Part shown: one piece after another, positions 18,033 to 24,438 of the stretch
Layout of the letters: every line of letters begins with the position of its first letter
Numbering within the stretch: the stretch's first letter is position 1
NCBI GenBank assembly: GCA_001797185.1
Contig: MGOS01000096.1
Location: 3,448 to 27,951 of the forward strand
Origin: Clostridiales bacterium GWB2_37_7
GTDB lineage: Bacteria > Bacillota > Clostridia > Lutisporales > Lutisporaceae
Length of the DNA: 24,504 nt
Reading direction: 5' to 3'
Program-made: the position numbers and the translations under genes
The notes under the pieces: model-generated
The model's input: the letters and a program-made list of their open reading frames with translations, nothing else
Databases searched by the model: none
Told to the model about the DNA's origin: nothing

Positions 18033-18215
18033 CGTTTTTTATTTTTTATAGTAAAAATTATCAAATTTTTCGACAAGTTTCCCTTTATTTCATATTTTTT
18101 CAAATTTACTCAAATTTTATGTATAAATTTTTATTTATATATTTATGTAAAGCGAACACGTCATATTTTTGCTTTTAAAACTATTAAGCAAAATCAATGA
18201 CTTCCTAAACACTGT

Positions 18216-18368
18216 TTTTCCACATATTTACCCACAGTCATTTTATGTTTTCTGTGGATAATGTGCACAAGTCTGTTGATAACTTGTATTTGGCTTGTTT
18301 AAGCTGTGAAGAAAATGTGAATGGCTGTGCACATTAAATATATATCAAATCGAACAGGCTGTGAATAA
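18216..18368. promoter_or_regulatory. DnaA-box cluster
   Basis: One perfect box, TGTGGATAA (18253..18261). One-mismatch boxes: TTTTCCACA (18216..18224), TTACCCACA (18228..18236), TGTTGATAA (18274..18282), TGTGAATAA (18360..18368). Weaker boxes: TGTGCACAA (18262..18270), TGTGAAGAA (18305..18313), TGTGCACAT (18326..18334). Confidence 0.5.
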
Positions 18369-18582
18369 ATGTGACATGTTTTTGGAGATTTTGTCGAAGG
18401 AGTTATTATTTTGTTACTCAGGAATAGTAAGATAATATCTGGTTATTATCGCCTTCATTTTGGGCATAAAATATGCGCCTCACGCCGCACTATTTTTCGC
18501 TAGAGAACCCTATGGTTCCCTTCGACGGATGCAAGGGGGAGAATCCCCCATTGTATAGGAAATTATACTTTCCTATACAATG

Positions 18583-18606
18583 AAAAAAGCCGCTTTTCAG
18601 CGGCTT
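18583..18606 (-). terminator. intrinsic terminator after the zinc-ribbon gene
   Basis: The minus strand reads AAGCCGC-tgaaaa-GCGGCTT followed by TTTTTC. Confidence 0.75.
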
Positions 18607-18612
18607 AATAAA

Positions 18613-18897
18613 CTATCTTCTTGCGTCGAAGCAGTTCTTGCAATATACAGGTCTTGCGCTTGTTGGTTTGAATGGAACTTGTGTTTCGCATCCGCACTCA
18701 GCACATGTTGTATCGTACATTACTCTTTCTCTCTTTGCTCCTCTGTCTCCGCTTGCATTCTTTCTAGCGGATCTACAGTCCTTGCATCTTGCTGGCTCGT
18801 TTTGGAAACCCTTTTCTGAATAGAACTCTTGCTCTCCTGCTGTGAATACGAATTCATTTCCGCAGTCCTTGCAAACTAAATTCTTGTCATTAAACAT
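18613..18897 (-). CDS. small zinc-ribbon protein with two CxxC-x17-CxxC units
   Basis: The 94-aa product begins MFNDKNLVCKDCGNEFVFTAGEQEFYSEKGFQNEPARCKDCRSARK and continues ...YDTTCAECGCETQVPFKPTSARPVYCKNCFDARR. AGGAAAGAGGGA lies 7 nt upstream of the ATG at 18897. The 70 upstream in-frame codons of the ORF track lie in a structured RNA and have no RBS. Confidence 0.8.
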   Translation of the reverse strand: MFNDKNLVCKDCGNEFVFTAGEQEFYSEKGFQNEPARCKDCRSARKNASGDRGAKRERVMYDTTCAECGCETQVPFKPTSARPVYCKNCFDARR

Positions 18898-18919
18898 GTA
18901 AAAATCCCTCTTTCCTTTT

Positions 18920-19233
18920 AGGCTGGTGTTGGTGATTCGAACTGTTCCGGGATTTCTACTGCCAAGACTTCGTTCTACCCAAGCACACAATACCTTAATA
19001 TTTTCTTTGGCGTACATTTCTAGCTGACCTGGTCTTTGTCCCCACACTCGCCGTCTGGAGGTTTCGCTACCAACATTTGAGTCCCTCACTACTACCTCTC
19101 TCAGCATATAGCAGATTAATTACATGCCATGCTGGACGGACTTACCTCTAAGCCGCACCATGATCGTAGAGCCTTGCTCTGCTTACGTGGATCGTTTTGC
19201 CTGCGACTGGCATCGATTTTCAACCACAGACCT
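18920..19233 (-). ncRNA. unclassified GC-rich structured RNA forming the 5' leader of the zinc-ribbon gene
   Basis: The region is GC-rich in an AT-rich genome and is transcribed from a near-consensus promoter. A compact three-way junction is visible: CCGTC/GACGG (19139..19135 with 19055..19051), CAGCAT/ATGCTG (19134..19102), and GAGG/CCTC (19098..19095 with 19061..19058). The ends are complementary: AGGTCTGTGGTTG (19233..19221) pairs with CAACACCAGCCT (18931..18920) with bulges. Confidence 0.45.
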
Positions 19234-19253
19234 AGTTATTACACCATATCATC

Positions 19254-19282
19254 ATTATATAACTATATTTGCCATGTTTCAA
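19254..19282 (-). promoter_or_regulatory. sigma-A type promoter driving the structured leader and zinc-ribbon gene
   Basis: Minus strand: TTGAAA (19282..19277), 17-nt spacer, TATAAT (19259..19254). Confidence 0.6.
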
Positions 19283-19344
19283 GTACTTTAGGTTTATTTA
19301 GCAAAAATTAGCACAATTAACCTTTTTAATATTTTAATGAAAAT

Positions 19345-19374
19345 AAGTGGGAAAAAGCACTCTTCTTCCCACTT
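19345..19374 (-). terminator. probable terminator after the fliT-like gene
   Basis: The minus strand reads AAGTGGGA-agaagagtgctttt-TCCCACTT followed by ATTTTC. The U-tract is weak. Confidence 0.5.
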
Positions 19375-19382
19375 ATACTATG

Positions 19383-19859
19383 CTATTTTTTCTTGTCAAT
19401 ATAAATTCCGTCATTGTATACAGGAACTGCTTCATAAGCCCTTATAGACCTCTTTCCCGTATTGACTTTACGCAACTCACACTTTATTGCTTGGAATATA
19501 GCATCCAGCTTCTCTCTATTACTGTTTTCCAGCTCCATAATCTTTTGAGCCAAGCCCATTATTTTATCCACACTGCTTCTAATTCTCTTCAATTCAGGGT
19601 ATTTGTTTATATCTGCTTTCTCTAAGCTATCAAGCTGAAGCTCTAGCTTCAACTGCTTGTATCCTTCAAGGAAGCTCTCATCCAACTTGTCTATCTTGTC
19701 AATAATCAGCTGCTTTTGTTGTACCAATGCTTCAATATTATCTGCTTGGTTATCTTCTATATCCTTCTGCTGCAAAACTGTAATATTATAAATTTCTGAA
19801 AATAGCTCCAGCTTCTGCTCTATAGTGTGGTTCAAATCGTCAATAAGTAAATTATTCAT
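19383..19859 (-). CDS. flagellar export chaperone-like coiled-coil protein (FliT/FlgN family)
   Basis: 158 aa and helical (IEQKLELFSEIYNITVLQQKDIEDNQ...). It occupies the position immediately after fliS, as fliT does in B. subtilis. The assignment rests on position and composition. Confidence 0.55.
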   Translation of the reverse strand: MNNLLIDDLNHTIEQKLELFSEIYNITVLQQKDIEDNQADNIEALVQQKQLIIDKIDKLDESFLEGYKQLKLELQLDSLEKADINKYPELKRIRSSVDKIMGLAQKIMELENSNREKLDAIFQAIKCELRKVNTGKRSIRAYEAVPVYNDGIYIDKKK

Positions 19860-19891
19860 AATAGCCTCCCCGGATAACCTTTATGTCTCAA

Positions 19892-20392
19892 TTACTTGTT
19901 TACCACCTGCGATTGTTTTGCCATTTTCATTGCTTGACCCCATGTGTCACGCAGGTCTTCTGCAAGCTTTCGTACCTCTTCAACTATTGCTTTGTCCTTC
20001 TTAATATTTGCTTCTTTTAGTCTACTATTCATATAATCATAAAGTGACATTAGACCGCTCGATACCTCATAGTTCATATCTAAGGTACTCATAAATTCTA
20101 CTATGATATCTTGAGATCTTAAAATATAGTTATTTGCTTTCTCTATAGACTTTTCCTCAATGCCTAGTATTGATAGGTTTAAAAACTTAACCAACCCATT
20201 ATAAAGCATCAGTGTCAGCTCTTGTGGAGAAGCAGTATTTACCATATTATTTTGATATTGCTGATATGCTGCATTTTTATTTACAGCTGTACTATTGTTT
20301 ACATAGCTTGTCTGCGTTTCACCCATTTCTGTTTGTATATTGATTCTATTTCTTTGAAATTGGCTGTATAAATCATTTGCTATTGCCATCAT
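19892..20392 (-). CDS. fliS: flagellar export chaperone FliS (with a ~40-aa N-terminal extension relative to typical FliS)
   Basis: The core AYQQYQNNMVNTASPQELTLMLYNGLVKFL...IIVEFMSTLD...LYDYM is FliS-like. GAGGG precedes the tandem ATG ATG start. Confidence 0.85.
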   Translation of the reverse strand: MMAIANDLYSQFQRNRINIQTEMGETQTSYVNNSTAVNKNAAYQQYQNNMVNTASPQELTLMLYNGLVKFLNLSILGIEEKSIEKANNYILRSQDIIVEFMSTLDMNYEVSSGLMSLYDYMNSRLKEANIKKDKAIVEEVRKLAEDLRDTWGQAMKMAKQSQVVNK

Positions 20393-20409
20393 TTGCCCTC
20401 ACTTTCTAC

Positions 20410-22305
20410 CTATTGTCCCCCGCCTAATTGTTGCGACAGCCACGATGATTGGCTGTTCATCTTACTCATCGCTGTCTCTAATGCTGCAAACTTCCGATAG
20501 TAAGCATCTTCCTTGCTGTACAGCTTAGCTAACATATCTGATATAAGCTTGTCCTTTCCCTCTATCTGGTCTGGTATAAGGCTATCAAATTGCGTTAGAT
20601 CACCAATGATGCCTGCCTTCTCAAGGAGTATACCCTTCTTACTATTTGCACTTCTGGTGGTTCTTATATTATCCTGCAGGATATCATATATTCTTTGGAC
20701 TACACCATTCTCACTGTACCTGGTATTTTTATCAGCAGCAGTTAAGTCCGGTGAATATGAAATCGTTGACTCTTTTGAGAATATATTCATGATCTTATCA
20801 GGAGAATTTCTGATAGCATCCTTTAATTTGGTTTCATCAATAATCAGCTTTCCTTTTTCAGCCTTCGTCGAAGTGAAGTAATTGCCTGTTGTGATCCCTA
20901 TTGATGATAATCCCCCCGGAACATCTGCTATGCTGTCATAGAGTGCTTTTCTCATACCGTCAGCAATGTTAACAAGTATATCATCATTTCGAAGGATTCC
21001 GGATCTGGCTTTTTCCTCCCAACTCTTGATATCATCTTCACTCATGCTTTCTTTTTGTTCATCAGTGAGAGGCAAAAAGTCTTTGTCGCGTTCTTCCAGC
21101 AATTCACCATTTATTTTACTTAAAACTTCATTGTATTTATCAATAAAGGTCTTTATTTTGTCGTATACGCCATCTACATCCTGATTCACTGTTATTGTAA
21201 CTGGGGTATTTAACTCATTTACACTGTAGCTTACTCCGTCGATGGTAAAGTTGTTGTCACTCCTGACAATCCCATTGATGCCATCCAGGTTAAATATCGC
21301 ATCCTGTCCATTATTGATTGCTCCTGTAGTTATTCCAGTTGCACTTCCTGCACCAAAAAAGCTTCCTGTAGTATTGCTAATAGTTATTGCTGCTCCCGCA
21401 CCATTTGTCTTAGAGGTCAAAGTAAACTTATCCGTTACTTCACTATAATTCAAGGTGACATTTGCTGCACTGCTATTTATCTCATTCATCACAGCACTCA
21501 TGGTCTTATTTGCTGTATCAAAGGAAAAACTCACCCCATTAATGTCAAAAGCCAACGTGCCTGACAAAGCAACAGCTGTATTGGCAGCATCTAGATTTGC
21601 ATTTAGATTAAGTCTATTTGATGCGCCTGAAGTTATATTTAGCTGAGCCAAAGCATCACTGGTTCCGCTTGTCAGCGTGACTCTGCCGTTATCTGTTGCA
21701 AAATCAAGCAAATTCCCGCTATTGCCAACAGCTATCTTGCCAGCTCCAAAGGCTGCATCGATAGAGCTTTGAAGTCCAGCCTTCAACCCAGCTATGTCAG
21801 TATAATCCCCATTAAGCTTTATGTTTTTTGTTACTCCATTAAGTGAAATATTAAAATCATTGTTGGTAAACGTAAAGCTGCCTATGTCTAGCGTACTCTC
21901 GAGTGACTTAGTCACTGCACCTCCACTTGTTGTATTTGCTGCCTTTGCCAGTTGAGTAGCCTCAATTGTATGAGAACCGGCCACTGCTGCAGAAGTAGCT
22001 GTTGCAGTAATAGCAGTGCTATCGCTTGAGGTTGCAGTAAATTGCTTGTAATTGGTTGCGGTTCTCATATTTGAAGTAGGTTTTAGAACATCAAAGAAAT
22101 CGTTCTTGAAGTTTGTCAACAGAGTGGTAATCGACCTATAGTCATCTCTCTTCCATTCCAATAGCTGCTTGTCCTGCTTCACTTTATCCACCTTGTAGCT
22201 TTCAGCCTTCATCAGCTGTTGCACTATAGAATCAGTATCCAGTCCTGAAGCCAAACCCGATAGTCTTAATTTGCTATTCAAAACGTTTGATATATTGCTT
22301 GCCAT
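20410..22305 (-). CDS. fliD: flagellar filament cap protein FliD
   Basis: 631 aa. N-terminus LSGLASGLDTDSIVQQLMKAE; C-terminus YYRKFAALETAMSKMNSQSSWLSQQL. Confidence 0.9.
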   Translation of the reverse strand: MASNISNVLNSKLRLSGLASGLDTDSIVQQLMKAESYKVDKVKQDKQLLEWKRDDYRSITTLLTNFKNDFFDVLKPTSNMRTATNYKQFTATSSDSTAITATATSAAVAGSHTIEATQLAKAANTTSGGAVTKSLESTLDIGSFTFTNNDFNISLNGVTKNIKLNGDYTDIAGLKAGLQSSIDAAFGAGKIAVGNSGNLLDFATDNGRVTLTSGTSDALAQLNITSGASNRLNLNANLDAANTAVALSGTLAFDINGVSFSFDTANKTMSAVMNEINSSAANVTLNYSEVTDKFTLTSKTNGAGAAITISNTTGSFFGAGSATGITTGAINNGQDAIFNLDGINGIVRSDNNFTIDGVSYSVNELNTPVTITVNQDVDGVYDKIKTFIDKYNEVLSKINGELLEERDKDFLPLTDEQKESMSEDDIKSWEEKARSGILRNDDILVNIADGMRKALYDSIADVPGGLSSIGITTGNYFTSTKAEKGKLIIDETKLKDAIRNSPDKIMNIFSKESTISYSPDLTAADKNTRYSENGVVQRIYDILQDNIRTTRSANSKKGILLEKAGIIGDLTQFDSLIPDQIEGKDKLISDMLAKLYSKEDAYYRKFAALETAMSKMNSQSSWLSQQLGGGQ

Positions 22306-22310
22306 AAGCT

Positions 22311-22676
22311 TTACCTTCTTTCGTCAACGAAAATACCTGACATCTCCCACATCTTAGCTACCATATCCAGTATCTTTTCATTGGGTATTTCTCTTATTAC
22401 TTCATTGGTATCCTTATCAATGACCTTTACCACAATTTCCTTTGTTGCTTCATGTATAGAAAACTCAAAGCTTCTATCCCCACCGCTCAAAGCTTTATTT
22501 GCTCTCTCAATCAGATTGATCCATTGTTTTTCATCCATTGTCAGCTGTTCTTGAGGTTTTTGTGAAAAGTTTTGATAGGCTTCATTTGTTTTTATACTTT
22601 CAACCTTAGGTCTTAGCTCTCTTGCTGCACTTACTGCTGCATTTTGATTGTTTGAACCTCCGTTTTCAATCCGCAC
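22311..22676 (-). CDS. flaG: flagellar protein FlaG
   Basis: 121 aa. The C-terminal FEFSIHEATKEIVVKVIDKDTNEVIREIPNEKILDM is typical of FlaG. AAGGAGGGAG lies upstream of its non-ATG start at 22676 (GTG on the minus strand). Confidence 0.85.
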   Translation of the reverse strand: MRIENGGSNNQNAAVSAARELRPKVESIKTNEAYQNFSQKPQEQLTMDEKQWINLIERANKALSGGDRSFEFSIHEATKEIVVKVIDKDTNEVIREIPNEKILDMVAKMWEMSGIFVDERR

Positions 22677-22714
22677 AATACTCCCTCCTTGGAATATTCA
22701 TTTATTTATACTAT

Positions 22715-22742
22715 ATATCGTAATAAATTAGTCATTACTTTA
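22715..22742 (-). promoter_or_regulatory. candidate sigma-D promoter for flaG-fliD-fliS-fliT
   Basis: The minus strand reads TAAA (22742..22739), 16 nt, TACGATAT (22722..22715), compared with the consensus TAAA-N15-GCCGATAT. The -35 lies inside an 8-bp hairpin (22731..22750). Confidence 0.35.
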
Positions 22743-22753
22743 GTAATGACTAT

Positions 22754-22786
22754 AAAAAAACTGATAGATTTACTCTACCAGTTTTT
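22754..22786. terminator. second, weaker terminator-like hairpin downstream of the fliC region
   Basis: CTGATAG (22761..22767) pairs with CTACCAG (22775..22781) with one mismatch. It is flanked by AAAAAAA and TTTTT. Confidence 0.35.
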
Positions 22787-22801
22787 ATGGGATTGCTACA
22801 G

Positions 22802-22832
22802 TAAAAAACCGTTGGAAAAATCCAACGGTTTT
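22802..22832 (-). terminator. strong intrinsic terminator ending the fliC / ribozyme / exon-fragment transcript
   Basis: CCGTTGGA-aaaa-TCCAACGG (22809..22828), followed on the minus strand by TTTTTTAC. It starts 9 nt after the TAG of the flagellin fragment. Confidence 0.8.
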
Positions 22833-22840
22833 TGTGTTTA

Positions 22841-22885
22841 CTATCTTAGAAGTTGTAGAACTCCTTGAGGTGCTTGGTTTGCTTG
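22841..22885 (-). pseudogene. orphan flagellin 3' exon-like fragment (last 14 codons plus stop)
   Basis: The minus strand reads CAA GCA AAC CAA GCA CCT CAA GGA GTT CTA CAA CTT CTA AGA TAG, encoding QANQAPQGVLQLLR*. The end of fliC encodes QANNAPSGVLQLLK*. That is 11/14 identical residues and roughly 75% nucleotide identity, so it is a diverged copy rather than a recent duplicate. Confidence 0.65.
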
Positions 22886-23202
22886 CGGACCATCAATTAT
22901 GTTTCCATAACTGCCAGACTATATCTTCATCCTATTATATAGGAGCCGGGCACTTCGGGACACCTCAATATCCCTACAGACCTCATCGCCATGACTAATG
23001 CTTTAGGCGGTACGTCTTAGTCGTTGAACCTTCTCCAACCTTTCGGCACAGGAGCTCGGCTGCTGATTATCCAATCCGACCTGCTTTTTAACCTATCACG
23101 CTTGTCCTTTCGAACTGCGTTGTAGAGAGATCAGCTTAAGGAAGTTCCAGCAATTCACCCGGTTATTCATTTAAGGATTGCTCCTTAAGGGACCCCAAAT
23201 AA
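22886..23202 (-). ncRNA. group I intron-like ribozyme, ORF-less, subgroup IA-like architecture
   Basis: On the minus strand: P GAATTGCTGGAA (23156..23145), Q AATCAGCAGCC (23068..23058), R GTTCAACGACTAAGACGTACC (23029..23009), S AAGATATAGTC (22927..22917). Pairings: P4 TTGCTG/CAGCAG; P7 GACTA/TAGTC; P3 CCGGG (23162..23158) / CCCGG (22950..22946); P8 hairpin 22930..22944; P9 TTATG-GAAA-CATAA (22910..22897); P6 capped by GAAA. Extra hairpins between P7 and P3 resemble P7.1/P7.2. A terminal G at 22886 directly abuts the flagellin-like codons. Confidence 0.75.
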
Positions 23203-24327
23203 CTACTTAAGGAGTTGTAAAACTCCACTCGGTGCGTTATTTGCTTGAGCCAACATTGCTTGTGCTGCTTGTTGAAGGATGTTGTTCTTTGTAGACTCCA
23301 TGATTTCCTTCGCCATATCTACGTCTCTGATACGAGATTCTGCAGCTGTTAAGTTTTCTGAAGATGTATCTAAGTTCTTTACAGTATACTCTAATCTGTT
23401 TTGAATAGCACCTAGATCTGATCTTCTGCTAGAAACTGTATCAATAGCAGCTTGTACTGATGTCATTGCATTAGCAGCATTTGTTGTAGAACTAACGTCT
23501 AATGCATTTACAGCTAATGCAGTAGCGCCAGTTGCTGCAATTGTAACTCCAAGTTTTTGTGAAGGATCATTTTCTGATCCAATTTGTAAACTCACTGCAG
23601 CAGCTGCAGTTGTTATAACTGTACCTGCCGCTCCGCCGCCTGCTACTGAAGCTTCAATACCTGCAGAAGTTTGAGAGCCATTAACTGTAATCTTGATCCC
23701 CATTTTATCGAAATCCAAAACGCCTGCTGAACCATCAGCAAGAGTTATATTTTGTGTGTCACCAGAGCCTGTTGCTGTCATAATATAATCACCAGCAGCA
23801 GCTCCTTCAGTTATTGTATAAGTTTCACTAGCATCAGCACCACTAATATCAATTGCTGTAATACCAGCTGAGCCTACCTCTAAACCTGAAACGTCTAGTT
23901 GTACTCCAAAAGTACCATTTAATAATGTTTGACCATTAAATTTTGTTGACAAAGCAATTCTGTCAATTTCTGTAGTTAATGCTGTAATTTCAGAAGTAAT
24001 AGCAGTTCTATCATTAGCAGCTAAAGTACCATTTGAAGCTTGTGTTGCCAGCTCATTCATTCTTTGTAGAATTGATTGAGTTTCGTTTAATGCACCTTCT
24101 GCAGTCTGAATCATAGAAATACCATCCTGAGCATTTCTGCTAGCCTGATTAAGACCTCTAATCTGACCTCTCATCTTTTCAGAGATAGAAAGACCAGCAG
24201 CGTCATCGCCGGCTCTGTTGATTCTTAAACCAGATGATAGTTTTTCAATAGATTTTGCACTTTTATCGTTGTTGACTCCCAATTGACGGTTTGCGTTCAA
24301 CGCCATTATATTGTTGTTAATTCTCAT
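23203..24327 (-). CDS. fliC: flagellin
   Basis: 374 aa. Conserved N-terminus MRINNNIMALNANRQLG...GLRINRAGDDAAGLSISEKMRGQIRGLNQASRNAQDGISMIQTAEGAL and C-terminus LGAIQNRLEYTVKNL...ILQQAAQAMLAQANNAPSGVLQLLK, with an Ala/Gly/Thr-rich variable middle. AAGGAGGAA lies upstream of the ATG. Confidence 0.9.
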   Translation of the reverse strand: MRINNNIMALNANRQLGVNNDKSAKSIEKLSSGLRINRAGDDAAGLSISEKMRGQIRGLNQASRNAQDGISMIQTAEGALNETQSILQRMNELATQASNGTLAANDRTAITSEITALTTEIDRIALSTKFNGQTLLNGTFGVQLDVSGLEVGSAGITAIDISGADASETYTITEGAAAGDYIMTATGSGDTQNITLADGSAGVLDFDKMGIKITVNGSQTSAGIEASVAGGGAAGTVITTAAAAVSLQIGSENDPSQKLGVTIAATGATALAVNALDVSSTTNAANAMTSVQAAIDTVSSRRSDLGAIQNRLEYTVKNLDTSSENLTAAESRIRDVDMAKEIMESTKNNILQQAAQAMLAQANNAPSGVLQLLK

Positions 24328-24353
24328 TATATATTCCTCCTTGAATTTTTTTA

Positions 24354-24373
24354 AGTCAGAATCCTTTCTGACT
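24354..24373 (-). promoter_or_regulatory. candidate CsrA binding hairpin in the fliC 5' UTR
   Basis: The minus strand reads AGTCAGA-aaGGAt-TCTGACT, presenting GGA in the loop. A second GGA lies in the SD (AAGGAGGAA). This resembles the two-site CsrA arrangement described for B. subtilis hag. Confidence 0.45.
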
Positions 24374-24438
24374 ATTTATAGCTAAAAGCGCTATCACACG
24401 GGCCCTGTATGATATTACTCTTTGGCTTCTTAAGTATT

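Noticed and set aside
18251-18380. Direct repeats of ~20 bp at ~53-bp spacing as a CRISPR array
   Set aside because: There are only three degenerate copies, the repeat length and spacing are not CRISPR-like, no cas genes are present, and the repeats are explained by DnaA-box-like 9-mers.
18040-18400. Interpretation of the DnaA-box cluster plus AT-rich tract as the chromosomal replication origin
   Set aside because: There is no dnaA or dnaN nearby, and gene orientation does not switch across the site: genes on both sides are on the minus strand. Firmicutes origins normally mark a strong strand-bias switch. I kept it as a DnaA-box cluster or regulatory-site finding instead.
18898-19107. 70-codon N-terminal extension of the zinc-ribbon ORF (ORF-track start at 19107)
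   Set aside because: The translation (MLREVVVRDSNVGSETSRRRVWGQRPG...) is Arg/Gly-rich and unlike the rest of the proteome. There is no SD before 19107. The region is the GC-rich structured RNA. A strong SD precedes the internal ATG at 18897, where the conserved CxxC protein begins.
18898-19247. Leader RNA as RNase P RNA, T-box, SAM-I, M-box or hammerhead
   Set aside because: There are only isolated look-alike strings: GAGGTAAGTCC versus GAGGAAAGUCC, TTGGTAGCGAAA versus the T-box UGGUACCGCG, AGAGAGGTAGTAGTGAGGGAC versus the SAM-I start, AAGGCTCTACGAT versus the M-box 3' end, and CTGAGAG..CGAAAC versus the hammerhead core. In every case the other obligatory conserved elements are absent or in the wrong order.
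518-21646. About 35 plus-strand ORFs of 60-190 aa in the ORF track (for example 518..1081, 8077..8466, 9598..10002, 12645..13046, 17698..18051, 20513..20881)
   Set aside because: All lie antisense inside long, well-supported minus-strand genes. They have low-complexity or Ser/Leu/Ile/Phe-rich translations typical of shadow ORFs in AT-rich DNA. They lack convincing RBS and start context.
23181-23214. The 9-bp hairpin over the fliC stop codon as the fliC transcription terminator
   Set aside because: No U-tract follows it. The strong canonical terminator is 380 nt further on (22802..22832), after the ribozyme and the exon fragment.
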